A DNA stretch of 64,000 nt from Octopus bimaculoides (GCF_001194135.2 NC_068982.1:112503737-112567736); one strand, 5' to 3'; positions 28,835-43,599 are shown, counted from the first letter of the stretch. Notes: generated from the letters alone by a model not told the origin. Translations and numbers: made by a program.

Positions 28835-30184
28835 TGCACGAAACTTCAGCAGATAATAAAAGACTGATAGTGTGCGACTGGTACATTGGAAACATGAATG
28901 CATAGAAAAAGAGAGATCAATAAAGATTGATTAAATAAAACCCGTCCACATACTTATCTTCACGTGAAGGTGAATATATGATGCAGCTTCCCTAGTTCAT
29001 TCCCTGTGACTAGGTATTCATAAGCTTGCTTACTCTCACATCTTGTGACTGAACACCAAATCTCTCCTGGTTCAGTCTATATATTATTATAAACGTTCAA
29101 ACCGTGCTCAGAACCGTCTTTATCTATATCTAGGTCTATATTGTTTTTAAATATTACCTTCGGTTTTTAAGGCTTTAAAATGTTCATTTCAAGGAATTTA
29201 GCTGCCGTTGCTTGTCGATATTGTTAGCTTATATATACTTCCGCTTTACATTTTGTAGATTGTCACGCATATGTTTATTTGATGAATAACATTACTCACA
29301 GAAATGTGGTACTTGCCTTAAACTAATACGCTTGCGCTTTGCAATTTAGCGTTCATAACCAACAGTTAATCTTAATGCTTGATTAGCTTTAATGATTTGA
29401 CGATAGATGTCAATTAAAATCGTTGTTTCTATTTATGTGTGTTGATGCATGTCACGTAACTGCAATGAACCTAACCTGAACTATACAAACTAAATCACAG
29501 AATATTATTGAAGGGAGCGTATCATTGCTGTGATAGGAGTATTACATAGATGTTCGCATCCACTCTCGCACAAACTCAGAAAACCTGACAAATATAAATG
29601 CATTTACATATTCATTTTCACATACAACTGACTATGCAAATAGTTAAGGTAGGCAATAAGGTACTCAATTATAAGTGGAAATGCGTCTTGTTTTGAGAAT
29701 TCTGAATAACCCAGTTTTCTTAACAGAAAACAAAGTAACTGTTTCTTCGCATTTTCGCTCCAACTAATAATAATCACATATTAATTCGTTAACAATTTGT
29801 TTTGGATACGAGTTTCAGTACAACTGTACCTAAATTAGTCGTCTAAATTAATGCTACTGATATATTTCAGTTACTTCCCTTGGTCCACAATGTGTTATTG
29901 TGCAAGCAAGATATTTCTCGTAACTCACGTCCGATTTATACGTGCTAATCGAGCAGACTTGAAAAGTTTACACTTCACAGATGAGATGTAATAAATCCTA
30001 GTCATGTCCATAACTACCTTCTTGCAAGTTGCCAAAGACCACTTTATTATTCAAGGTATGAAAAAATTAAATTTCTGGTATAACTAATTCTTAAACTTTT
30101 GAATTATCTACCCATTCTCGTTCTCTTAAAGCTACATACATGCATACATACATACATACATACATACAGACAGACAGACAGACA

Positions 30185-30257
<73 letters not shown>

Positions 30258-31034
30258 CATACATACATAAATACACATATGTATGTATATATGATGTGCA
30301 TTCGTGTGTTCGATCTCAAATATTAATTTTACTTCATGAATTCCTTTCATGTATATACCTCTGTACAGATAAGAGAATAATTAACAGCAGAGAAAATATA
30401 TACAAACTCCTTTCAAATTGTGCTGTAATATCTTTAAAAACGCAAGAATACATAGGGGAGCACTATTCGAAAAAGAAGACGCTTTTCCTCTTTGGGTTTC
30501 TGGTTTGAATGGACCGGAGCCTTAACATGAAAGATATGCCGATTTAATTAACATAAACCGTCTAGGTAACCAAAATGGCCAGCTAAAGGGCAAGAGCGCC
30601 CTGAAAAATAACTATCAAAAAGATCGTAGATGCACAGAAAGTCTAGCTAGCCGGAAATGGTATGCTTTTGACTCTAGATCTACTAGGTCATAATTGATTA
30701 GGGCCTAAAAATATATATAAAAACCAATAATTCAATTCGAGTATTTTGAGTCTCCTTCAGTAACTAAAAATACATTTCCTACCAATGATAATTAATGAGT
30801 TCGAGCTCGATTCTTATTGATGTAAGGTATCTTTGAAAGATTCATATGACAGAAGTGAAAGACCTTTTAGATATGTATCACAAATAACATGTGTTAGGTG
30901 AAATATATACGTGATTATAGTATGGTCTTGTTAGGTAGTTGAGAGAGAGGGAGAGGGGGAAGAGAGAGAGAGGGGGAAGAGAGAGAGAGAGGGGGAAGAG
31001 AGAGAGAGAAGTGAGACAGGAAGAGACAGAGAGG

Positions 31035-31095
<61 letters not shown>

Positions 31096-31352
31096 CAACT
31101 ATGACATGGTATTATAAATCGAATGAAAAGGAACATATTTTGCGGGCTTCTAAAAATCTATTTAGGAATCTGCTTCGAGGAACACATAAACATATGTTAA
31201 GCACAGTAACTCGCATATATCAATATACACTTATATGCACACACGAACACATAAAAATATATATAGATATATGAATATACATATGTATGACGTATCAATG
31301 CACATATATATATACGCACCCACATATATCTTTGTTCATGTAAAAAATATTG

Positions 31353-31393
<41 letters not shown>

Positions 31394-33782
31394 CATGTGT
31401 GTGTGTGTGTTTTCGTAAATATGCATGTCTGTACAGAGTATAAGTGAATGCAACATATGAACGCTCCTAAATTTTGGAATCCATCTAGTGGAAAGATTCC
31501 ATTTAGATAACGCCTTTTAGATGGCCAAAATGTATATAATTATCTTTGTTACTCTAGTCTTGAAAACATTTCAAAGTGACTTCCAATCTTTCCTCTAATG
31601 CTTAGTTTACCAGGCTTAATTACTGCTAGCTTGTTACACCAACATTTTTGCCCTATTGACGGACATATCCATATCATACCATTCTACAGAGTCATTATGC
31701 ATTTATATATATATACACTTACATCTGTATACATCTGTATAAATACACGCATATATGTATNNNNNNNNNNNNNNNNNNNNNNNNNNNNNNNNNNNNNNNN
31801 NNNNNNNNNNNNNNNNNNNNNNNNNNNNNNNNNNNNNNNNNNNNNNNNNNNNNNNNNNNNNNNNNNNNNNNNNNNNNNNNNNNNNNNNNNNNNNNNNTAT
31901 ATACATATATATATATATACATACATACATACATACATACATACATGCATACATACATACATACCCTTTGTTAAACACACCCACATATCTTATAATTGCC
32001 TTCTGCTGAAATTCAATGATCTGAATATGGGTGCGTTCATATGAGTAGCTCTGTCTGAATATGTTTTGGTGTACATCTCTACGTATCTATTTACTAGTGA
32101 ACAAATGCGACTATGATTTGTGGTTTGGTATTTATTAGATATATTTGCGCCTGCGCGCATGTTTGAATATGCATGTTATACAAGTATAGCCAGTTATAGA
32201 AAGCAAACTACATGTATCTGTGTTATGCATAGAGCATTTCCTTTCCTTTTAGTTACAATTTTTATTAGAACGTTGAATTTCATGACTGTTCCTTTTACAG
32301 TTGGTTCTTGATTATACATAATTATAGTAATTAAGCGCGATTCTTTTCATTAAAACTACCTAGTGTAATGGTGCAATTATAAGTATTTGGCACACTATTT
32401 TCTACTTTGTAGAAAATGTTGTATCCTAGTATATGACTATTGCTGCATTGTATACACTATGTATTTACATGAATCTTTCTTTCTCAGTACTCTTGCTAGA
32501 TTCAAACACATTTTCAGTAGGAGAGTTTGCTTTTTTCATTTTGTACATGTTTCATTGCTTTGTAGATAGAAACCACTATTTGCACTCAGATGTCTACAAA
32601 CTATAGGCAACCTTTTAGGACTAATGTCATTAAAGTTACTTATTTAGTATATTCATCGTGAATATTACTATAAATATTTTTTTGTATTATCATCATCTGT
32701 ATGGGTATTATTGTTATTGATCTTATTATTATGATTGTTATCCTAATTATTGTCGTCATTATTGATGTTATCATTATTGTTGTGGGTCGCCTTCTATTTC
32801 TGCCCTTGTGGCTAATAAAAGAAATCATTATTATCTTGTAATTCCTTTCAGTATGGAGATTTGTTAGTTGAAGCATATCTGTCAGTAAGAATTTTATTTA
32901 TTTTCTGAAAGAGATTGTCCTGCTGCTGTTGAAAGATTACGGGATAATGTGGTTATGTTTTGTGGATTTTAATATTCTAGAGGAAAATATTACGGGGACT
33001 AGCTCTTGAGCTAGTTTTAAAGTTGGTGATCTCAAAATTTTGGGTACACTGATGCTGCATTTTCTACTTTGTACACATGAACATAGCGCTCAAGGAGCCG
33101 TGCGAGAAAATAGATTCTCAAAGTTTAGATGCGTCCCTAGTAGTCAAGACGAGAAGACCACAGGAAACAACAGTACCTTAGATGAGTCCTTAGATGAGGC
33201 AGATAATAGGATGATGATATCGAGATCTCTGGTTTGGAAAGACTGAAAATGTCATCTTATGCGGTATATAAACTTTACTGCTAATGCAGGATCTACAGCT
33301 AAGGATGATGAGCATACTTACTCCCGAAACTTTGGCATTATTAGACGTTACTGGAGATTCCTTCGTGTGAAGAGTATATTTTTATTGACGTACCATTTCA
33401 TTTCCCAAGTGACATATTGTTTTATTTCACCCATCGAATTGCACATAGGTTAGTTTCTAGTTTTATACTTCGCTAATAACATTCTAAATGTAAAGATTAT
33501 CCATGAAACTTATGTGCTTCATGACAATGTATTATGATGTAGTTTATGCAAAATATGAACAAATATGAACTCAAGTTTATAGTGCGTCGGAGGATAGTGC
33601 TAAATCATGTTTGCTGGGCCTGACTATATTACATTGAACACAATATATTGACTTTCATTATAAGAAAACCTATTCCACATACACTCTCATATTGCAGACA
33701 TCCGTTATGTTTGTATACTTGTTTTTTGAAAATTGTTTAAAATGTTGGTACAGGGTCAGATATTATAGGGGAGAAGTTTAGA

Positions 33783-33932
33783 CGATTACATAGACCTTAG
33801 TGCTTGAGTAGTCCCTCACATTATTGACCCCGAAAGGATGAAAGGCGAAGTTGTCACCGGTATTTGAATTCAAAACGTAAAGAGCTAGAAGGTCGGCTGA
33901 ACATTTTATCTGACGTAATAAAAGATCCCGCT
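33783..33932 (-). mobile_element. SINE family M, diverged copy
   Basis: TTGACCCCGAAAGGATGAAAGGCGAAG..ATTTGAATTCAAAACGTA matches the reverse complement of the family core. Confidence 0.75.
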
Positions 33933-34021
33933 GAAGATAATACCGATAATATTGTACAGCTAGTGCATATTGCTCTATATTAGCAACAAGTTTCAGTCTA
34001 CGCAACTCACACACGCACACA

Positions 34022-34057
<36 letters not shown>

Positions 34058-35041
34058 CATATATACATGTGTGTGTAAGCACGTATATTTATCAGAAATA
34101 ATGGTAAGACCATTTTAGGAGTGATGAACTTCTTGTTCTAAGAAAATCAGTCTAACTGGAGGAGAGCGATATTCTGGTGAATAAGAAAAGAAACTGAATA
34201 TGATTTAGATAGAAAATGAATAACTGATCGACACGTGTTGCTAAGAAATGATAGTAGTCGTTACAGGAATAAATTTCCACTGCATAAATCTTACACATAC
34301 ACACACATGCGCGCACTTTTACACAAATGAACATGCATACAAATAAATGCAGAAACGAATATATGAGTCGATATATAAACAAATCCTTGGAATTTAAGGT
34401 TATGGAAATCATCAACTGTAACTCAAATTATGGTACATTAAAAGTAAATAGAAAAGAACCTTTCTTTGTTTGGAAAGTTATCAAGCAGTCATAACTATCG
34501 GTCAAACTCAGCGATGATTTAGGTATCAAATCTACATGAAAACAAAGAGCAGCAAAATAGAAAATTGAAGCATAAAAAGTGCATCTATAAAAAAAGTATG
34601 TTGCGACGCGGTATATAAAAGGCTCACAGCAGAAAATATAGAAATATATATTTCATTAAATGTGTAAATAATTAGTTGGACATTGTGACTCAGAAGTTAC
34701 AGAGTGTGGAAAAGAGCAGGTAAATATGAATATTATGATGCTTATTCAAAAGCATACCATTCGGAGAGAATTGCATGCTTCGTTTAATACGTCGCGCATG
34801 GTGAATGAAAAAATATTAAGCATGTCGCTATCTTACGCAAGTGTTCCTTGTTAATTCAGTTTCTCACTTACACATACATTATATCCCTTGCTCAGCCTTC
34901 AGCGTATTCGTTTATGACATAAGCATATGTATACGCAGACATGTGCATATACTTTTTAAACACATACACGTATAAACCTATATAGACACCTACTTTCACA
35001 GTCGTATATAAATACATACGCATACATTTATATACGCACGC

Positions 35042-35082
<41 letters not shown>

Positions 35083-35211
35083 CATATAAGTATATATGCA
35101 TGTATTTAACTGTACATATAAACACACACACACACACACACATACACACACACACACATACCTATATATATACATATACATATATATATATATGTGTGTG
35201 TGTGTATGTGT

Positions 35212-35443
35212 TATTTCTTTACTACCCACAACGGGCTACACACAGAGGGGACAAACAAGGACAGACAAACGGATTAAGTCGATAATACCGACCCCAGTGC
35301 GTAACTGGTACTTATTTAATCGACCCCGAAAGGATGAAAGGCAAAGTCGACCTCGGCGGAATTTGAACTCACAACGTAGCGGCAGACGAAATACCGTTAA
35401 GCATTTCGCCCGGCATGCTAACGTTTCTGCCAGCTCGCCGCCT
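35212..35443 (-). mobile_element. SINE family M, near full length and well preserved
   Basis: Reverse complement reads AGGCGGCGAGCTGGCAGAAACGTTAGCATGCCGGGCGAAATGC..GAGTTCAAATTCCGCCGAGGTCGACTTTGCC..AGTAAAGAAATA. Confidence 0.9.
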
Positions 35444-35859
35444 GTGTGTGTATGTGTGTGTATGGGTGTATATATATATAAACGCACTCATGCATATTTA
35501 CAGATGCACGATACATATCCTTACATATATGTGTGTTTGTGCGTATATATTTATTCGTTTATGCATGTATATTACCACAGAATTCATCGTTATCACGTAT
35601 TAGAAACACACTCTCCAGTGATTACTAGAAACGAGACTTCCATACTGGAGGTGGATAACGAAAGAACCGTGTCTGTGTATACTCATAGGTGACCTGTTTT
35701 CTCTCAACACTTGAATTTCTGTCTTTGGCTGAAGTATAAGTTATGGCAGCAATATAGCTTCTCTAAATCCGATTATAGTGCAATTGATATACACATGCTG
35801 TGTTACATTCAGTCACGCGCTCTCTCTTTCTCCTCTTCCTCATTTTGATGATGATGATA

Positions 35860-35894
<35 letters not shown>

Positions 35895-36124
35895 AGTAAT
35901 GATCAATATCATCGTCATCCTCTTTTCCTTTACTTCGTTTTCATTTTCTTTTACGAATTCTTCTTCGTCTTACTTTCTTTGCCTCTGTCTCTGTTTCTCT
36001 TTCTACCAGTCTAACGTTAATCCAGTTTATATTTGCAACTGAATAGCAAGTTAAGCTGCATAAACTGTTTGACAACAGTTGAACATGATAATAACACTGG
36101 TGAAATAATAATAATAATAATAAT

Positions 36125-36188
<64 letters not shown>

Positions 36189-36793
36189 TTCAGCCCCACG
36201 CTGAATAACCTGGCCCCTGAATAGATAACTGAGTAAGATAGCCCCGCGCTGAACAACAACATGGATGTGCTACACCGGGCTCCCCATTCAAAAACAAATC
36301 TAATCTAATAACATCGATGGAATTGGATAAAGAAAGACTTGAAGGAAGCGGTCTTTTAACGAAAATAATAAAATAAGACGAAAATTTTACTGCCATACAA
36401 AGTACAGTTTCTGCTATTCACAATGTCTCAGTGAAACATGTGCGAAACACACACGCGAAATCAACAATGTCCACATAATCATATATACATTTTGATGCCC
36501 ATAGAACTAAACATACATTTCAATGTTTACACAACTACGTGAAATTTACAGGACACACATTCATGCATATAAAAATACGTTTTACAAAAAAAAGCAAAAA
36601 CAAAAGCAAAACAATTTTTTAATTTTTCGAACCTACACAGGCAAAGTGAACAATTCATAAATTTAAAAGCACCACAAAAAACTATGCTCGGAGATAAATC
36701 TATCAACACAAAAAAAATACAGACGAATACAGATCTGTTAGCCTTAAGAAGCTACGCTACGAGCAATGTTTACATGTAAAGAACTCGGAGACG

Positions 36794-38135
36794 GTGTTGT
36801 CTCAAAAAACTAACCCTAAACAGACAAACCCTTCCCCTAATGTCAACATCGAAGCTCGTCACGCCTTACTGATAACAAAGCAAAATACAAACCGGAATGG
36901 TCATCGACCGCATTACAAATGGCCACGTACTCGAATGATGAACCAGATTCGGAGACAAAAAACAGCTACTGGTGCAAATCTTCCTGAAACACAAGAGCTG
37001 GAAGTACCCCACAACCGGAATATTCCAATAGATAGCCTTCCATGCTCGTCATCAAATAACCAAAGGAAAAAGAATGAAAAATGGTCTAGGGAAGATAATA
37101 AAGAAGTTCTTACCATACCATATATTTCCCCACAAATAAATCAAATACTGTACAAACCTACTTAAACTGAAACACCTTGAAGTAAGGTAATAATGAGGAA
37201 ATTTTATTAAGAGCTGCTAGTATAACAATAGGAGTGAGGGAAACCAAAATGCTAAATGTAGTTAAAAACGTGAAAAAAAGGATCAAGATTTACTGACTGT
37301 CAAGAGAAGGCTTTTGCCTTATAGATTTCCAAAGGGAGTAGCAAAAAAAAAAAAGAAGAATGTTGAGACATGGTTATGGTTGCAGAAAAGAAGGCTAAAA
37401 AGGGGAACAGAAAGAGTGTTAGTAGCTGCACTAGATCGGGAATTGAAAATTAATTGGATAAAAACATAGACAAAGGTCAGGTAGATTTCTAAAATAGGTT
37501 ATGCGAATCAAAGGAGGAAAATATTGCTCATATAGTTAGTAAATGTAGTATGCTAGCACAGAAAGAATACAATAATAGACATGACAACCTAAGGAGAATA
37601 ATCCACCGGCAGTAATGTATAAAGGTCGGATTTTATCATACTGTAAGTGGTAGGAACATGAACCTAGTAGTGTTAGAAAGTAAGAAATATAAGTTAAAAG
37701 ATTTTAACATTCAGACTGAGAGAGTAATAGAAGCTGGAAGGCTTGATTTAGTAGTAGTAGACAAAGAAAATAGAAAGTGCCAGGTAATTGATTTTACAGT
37801 CTGAAATAATGAGAAAGTCAATATGAGCGATATAGATAAAATAGCAAAGTACCAGGACCTAGCCATTGAGTTACAGAGGCTATGGAAAGTGCGGGTAAAA
37901 TGTATCCCTACAGTTATAGGTGTATTAGGAACTATTCTTAAAGATTTAACCAGAGGATTAGAGGAAATAGACATAAAACCTAGTTGAGTGAGGCACGAGA
38001 AAAAACAATATTATTAGGAACATCTAGGGCACTTAGGAAAGTTCTTGGCGTCTAAGATTACTTATCGTAGACCAATGTGAATAATCTCTTTCCAGCTGTC
38101 TAATATATTGTGCATAAATGAAATAATAAAAATGA
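36794..38135 (+). mobile_element. Decayed R4/Dong-like RLE LINE: N-terminal ORF piece joined to the C-terminal zinc-knuckle/RLE region and 3' UTR
   Basis: ORF 36794-37165 contains KWSREDNKEV. From ~37190 it reads NEEILLRAAS, HIVSKC..AQKEY..RHD, DFNIQTERVIEAGRLDLVVVDKENRKCQVIDF and KYQDLAIELQRLWKV..IPTVIGVLGT. No RT motifs lie between the two parts. Confidence 0.8.
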
Positions 38136-38137
38136 TA

Positions 38138-38337
38138 ATCCGTTCTACTATAGGCACAAGGCCAGAAATTTGTGGGGAAGAGACTAGTCGATTACATCTA
38201 CCCCACTGTTTCACTGGCACTTAATTTATCGACTCCGAAAGGAGAAAAAGCAAAGCCGACCTCGACGGAATTTGAACTAAGAACGTAGCATCAGACGAAA
38301 TACCGCTAAGCATTTCGCCTGTCACGCTAACGATTCT
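38138..38337 (-). mobile_element. SINE family M
   Basis: Aligns to the 46552 copy (TTCTACTATAGGCACAAGGCC...GGAATTTGAACT..CATTTCGCC). Confidence 0.85.
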
Positions 38338-38387
38338 CAACAACAACAACAACAACAACAACAATTTAATAATTATTACAACAACAA

Positions 38388-38576
38388 AAAGCCAACCATT
38401 TGTTATACATGGATGACCTCAAACTTTATGGTAAAGATGAATATAAAGTCAGTTCCCTCGTTGATACGATGTATACTTTCAGTGCTGGTATCAAATGGAG
38501 TTCGGACTGAGAAAGTGTAATGTGTTAATCTTGAAGAGAGGCAAAATCAAATGTATGGACGGGCTAAGGATGCCGT
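38388..38576 (+). mobile_element. Reverse transcriptase fragment of an R4/Dong-like LINE
   Basis: Reads KANHLLYMDDLKLYGKD (YMDD at 38406-38417), then after a frameshift MEFGLRKCNVLILKRGK. Confidence 0.85.
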
Positions 38577-38748
38577 ATACATATACGACGGGCTTCTTCC
38601 AGTTTCCGTCTACCAAATCCACTCACAAGGCTTTGGTCGACTCGAGGATGTAGTAGAAGACACTTGCCAAATGTGCCACGCAGTGAGACTGAACCCAGGA
38701 TCATGTGGTTGGTAAGCAAGCTACTTACCACACAGCCAATTCTGCGCG
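38577..38748 (-). mobile_element. tRNA-derived SINE, family A (GGCGCAGGAGTGGCTGTGTGGTAAG head), 5' half
   Basis: Reverse complement aligns to the 5' halves of the copies at 51367 and 57570. Confidence 0.85.
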
Positions 38749-38757
38749 TATATAATG

Positions 38758-38807
<50 letters not shown>

Positions 38808-38830
38808 TATTATTATTATTATAATTATGT

Positions 38831-38879
38831 GGTGAGCTGCCTCGTTCGTCTTCACGTTCTGAGTTCAAATTCCGTCGGA
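38831..38879 (+). mobile_element. SINE family M head fragment
   Basis: GGTGAGCTG..ACGTTCTGAGTTCAAATTCCGTCGG. Confidence 0.6.
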
Positions 38880-41747
38880 ATATGTGAATATATATTTACA
38901 TACACATATATGCCCGTCTGTGTGTCTGTGTATGCGAATGTGTGTGTATGTGTGTACGTGTGTGTGCTCGTGCATACATACCCATATTTGTATGTATGTA
39001 ACACTCATGTCACTATAAGACTGTAGACGAGTACCTCATGCGAATGATCTGACGGCAATAAACAACGTCATGATGATTGTTTATATCAGGCAAACTCTTT
39101 CAAGGAGTACTCAAGGATTTAGACATATAGTCTGAGCAACGAACTATTTGAAAATGTAATCCTACACATATATGAATATACATGCGTGTTTGTGTGATGT
39201 GTGCGTGTGTGCTTGAATGTGTGTGCATATGTATATAACACAAGCACACAGACACACACACACACACGCGCGCGCGCGCGCGCATATATAAAGCTACTTC
39301 AGATGATCTGTATTCCTTTAACTCCGTTGTAATATTGCCAATCTTTTGAAATTATAGGAATATAACGCTTAATATAACATTGTAATTTCTGTCGGTTTTA
39401 AATGGAATTTGAAAAGAAAAAAATATATATTTTGAAACTCGCATTTATAGCGTTATAACACCAGATCTAAAGTGAAAATTATTCTTCGAGTTTTCTACTA
39501 GGTTTCTTATGAAAGACGTCATACAGCGATGGTCATTTGTTGGAGTAATCTAAAGTAAAGTGTTCATAGCATTCAGCACTTTTCACAGCAGGTAGACGGA
39601 TGAACAAATTCCTATATTACTATTATATTCGATTTCTGATGGTAAAAGGAAATGACGTTCTGAAAATCAAATAACCATATTCGAGGTGTTCTTGAAACTT
39701 CTAGTATGTAAATCTAAGAGATCACTCATTTTCTATGTTCTAAAATTGGTATTGATGAACACTGGAATCTAACTGTTTACATTTTTCGTTTAGCTGATAA
39801 CTTTCAGATGTCTCATTTCCTCTTTTAATAATTATTATACAAAATTTACATGTATATAGACTGACGTGCCCTTCTCCAAATGAAAATTTAACATATATAA
39901 AATGTTAATTAAGAACATATAAAGTTATCTGAAATAGTGTTATGTGATTAACATAAATGAAATAGAAAGTCGTATTTCTCATTGCTAACAAATCTTACGT
40001 TCGATTTGATAAACATTCATTCTATTTGAAAGGTGCAGCACGTTTAAGTAAACGATATACAGAAAATACGTGTCATTGAATAAAGCATAAATATTGCCTT
40101 GATAAGCAAATATAACAATAGTAATCTTGTAAATGCTAGGCAACGGATTGGGAAATATAAATCATGTAACACCACACACCTGACATAAAGCAATTACAAT
40201 CTATTATTGTGAGAAAAAACGGTTTGTTGCTTTCAGGTACACAATTCTCTGTGTGAGGGTTCAAGTTGATATAATATGTAAAGCTTGCAATATACGCGAC
40301 AACGTGCGGAATAGAGCATATTTGGCAGATAAAACAATATTATCTTGTTACTACCAACATTTTCCACAATACAATATAGGTACTAAAACCCATCAACGAT
40401 TGACAGAGCACAATTAAAGCTAGACTCAAAACGTGACAATACTCTATAGCTGGAATGTTGATTCTACTGGCATCATGTGTACATATTCGAACGATAGGTT
40501 TTTCAAAACTGGTCTCCTGTGCAAGATCTTAAAATATTTTTTGGAACAACGATGTTGATGTAGAGCGCTGTTTAAACCCAGGTACTTGTAAAAGAGTAGA
40601 TCAATTAATAAAAGCAATATAACCATACTCATTTCATCCCCTGCAGCTACAATGTATGTAAGCCTATATTATACAACTGTCTAAAGAAGCGCCAGGTGAA
40701 ACTTTAAATCCTACTGAAAACGAAAGATATAATAGATTTGATATCTTTCTGTATTAAAGCTTCCTATCTATAAATGTTATGGCTTTATTCCTAAAATAGC
40801 TTTGAGTCATAAACCCAATTAAACATTGTCTAAATATTGCATAATTGCAAAGGATATATATATATATATACACACACGTATATGTTTATGCATATATGTA
40901 CGTCTTTAAGTGTATGTATAAACAATCAAACGCAAACACACACTCATATATACATACACGCTCGCACGCACACACACACACATGCACACACACGCACACA
41001 TACACGTACAAACACACACACGTACATTCATGTCTAACTTGCCTGTGTAATCGTAAAGCTGGAAAAAAACGTTCGGTGTGATAATATTCTCGGCCCAATT
41101 CTCCTTATAAACTATGTGTGCAAAGGCATATCATACTGAGTTGTAAATGACAGTATCGCTCTTCAAGAGTGATGTTTATATTTCATCAGTGACGGATGTG
41201 TATTCAGTCGTGTGTGCTGGCCCTCCTAATGTAAATATCACAAAATACATTGTTTCTTTCTATCTATCTATCTATCTATCTAAGTACCACTTGAAAAGGA
41301 GGATGAGGATAGAGAGGAAAGTGTTGTCGAATGAAAGTTTCAATAAAAAATGGGTAAATGTGGCAAGAATGGTAAGAATGAAAGACGACACCATTTTAAG
41401 CATAGACTTGTAACAAAAAGAGACAAAAAGAGAGAAGGTACTTACTTTCATGTACCTTTAAAAAAAAAAGCCTGTGGTGACCGTGGTCTTTTCCGTAGGC
41501 TTTTCTCTCCACGGATAAACCTAATCTGTTCCCCGTTTTTTACATTGACTGTGATACACGATCCCTATTGATCGCCCCCCACCCACGNNNNNNNNNNNNN
41601 NNNNNNNNNNNNNNNNNNNNNNNNNNNNNNNNNNNNNNNNNNNNNNNNNNNNNNNNNNNNNNNNNNNNNNNNNNNNNNNNNNNNNNNNNNNNNNNNNNNN
41701 ATTTGTCCATTTTCAGTATTTAGCCCTGTGTGGCTATAATAAAAAGA

Positions 41748-41817
<70 letters not shown>

Positions 41818-43002
41818 CATATCTATCTTGACTCGGCCGTACTGAAGCTCTGCATACATACACATTGGAAGCAAAATGAATATTCTCGAGGATGTTAACA
41901 TTTTCCGGTTGCATACCGTAAAAATCAGTAGCGAAGAATATTCACAACATCTCATAATTGCTTTTACTTAGTATTTCCTTAATATGGTACTCCGAAGGTT
42001 CGATAACCTGTATAAAGTTGTAGTCATGAGTATAATATATATTTCTAGGTGATAAGTGATCCAACCTTAAAAAGATGATAATTGTACTAAACTTACAAAT
42101 TCATTTAGTTGTCAGAAAAGAATTTTTCATTTTACAGGAAGGTGAATAGTAAAATCGTCACGAAAAATGATTGAGTGTCATATTCGTCATTGTGCACTTA
42201 ACGATTACTTTATGCAAATAAGGCATCACAAGACAGAAAATAAAAGTCTTCTGTCAAAGTTGAGTGTTTTATACTGGGAACCGTCGATGTTAATAATTAG
42301 AAAGTCAAGAATTATTTTATATGAGGGAATTGAAATTACATTATCTCTTCGCTGCTGCATTCAATGTATGGTCCCTAAATAGAAAAGAGGAAACACGTTT
42401 TTGCACACACATACGCACATATATGTGTCAGTGCGTATGTGTATGTATGTATGTATGTATGTATGTATGTATGTAGGTAGGTAGGTAGGTATGCATGCAT
42501 ATACGCACATGTATGACACAAAATATCAATTTAGAAATTATTTTTCACATCGTTTGTGAAGAAAAATGTAAGAAAATTTATGTTAATAAAAAAATATATT
42601 CTAAAAAAAAAAATTCCGAATGGAAACTGAAGAGACTTCTAGATTGACAGAAGGGAGTGGGGAAAATCTATATATAGAGTTCATTACAAGTAGAGTGATT
42701 TTTTTTACCACATAGCGAATGTCAAGTGAAACAGTTTTTATTATTTATCTTCAATTATTTTTATTTCATCATACTTTTCACTTCGTTTCACTATTATTTC
42801 ACTAAAGATATATACAAACAAAACAAATATACAAATAAAAAGACCTAATATACAAAACAGCTGCAAGAGTATTGGTGATGATATTGATGACAATGATGGT
42901 GATGTTGATGATATAATAATAATGATAATAATAATAATGATAATAATAATAATAATAATGATAATAATAATAATAATAATAATAATGATGATGATGATGA
43001 TA

Positions 43003-43497
43003 AAACCAGAGAATGAAGGATTTTTTATTGCAGCACAGGACCAAAGCCTCCCCACCAGAAATTAACAAAAGCATGTAATGAAAAGAAATATAACAACTAA
43101 CTGCAGAATATGTGGGGATGGACAAGAAACAATAAATGAAAGTGTATTAAGACCAAAATATGACAAAGTTTTTCTAAAAGAAACGGAGAAACTTTCAAAA
43201 TAGAAAGACCTGGAAACATAGGTAACTCGAATGTGGAGTCTAAAAGCAGAAACAATCCCTATCATAGTGGGCGCATTAGGTATGATGAAAAATACTCAGA
43301 CAAAAACATGACAAAACCACCAGGATTAGCAAATATATATAACATACAAAAAATAGCACTACCAGACACCGCACACATCCTACGTAAAACACTTTCAATA
43401 TAGTAAAAATGAGAGCATCACAACAAACCAGAGCACATACCCAAGGCATACAGATCTGTGATCGGTAGTACAGTGAAATAACGTTAAAAAGTACTAA
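43003..43497 (+). mobile_element. 3' fragment of an R4/Dong-like RLE LINE between (TAA)n arrays, internally deleted
   Basis: Reads KPENEGFFIAAQDQSLPTRN..CRICGDGQETIN, then KETEKLSK.KDLE..TRMWSLKAETIPIIVGALG..IQKIAL..TAHILRKTLSI*. A 3' UTR and (TAA)n follow. Confidence 0.85.
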
Positions 43498-43515
43498 ATA
43501 ATAATAGTAATAATG

Positions 43516-43581
<66 letters not shown>

Positions 43582-43599
43582 GCAATAATAATAATACAA

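Noticed and set aside
35096-35692. 198-aa ORF
   Set aside because: Read-through of microsatellites and an antisense SINE.
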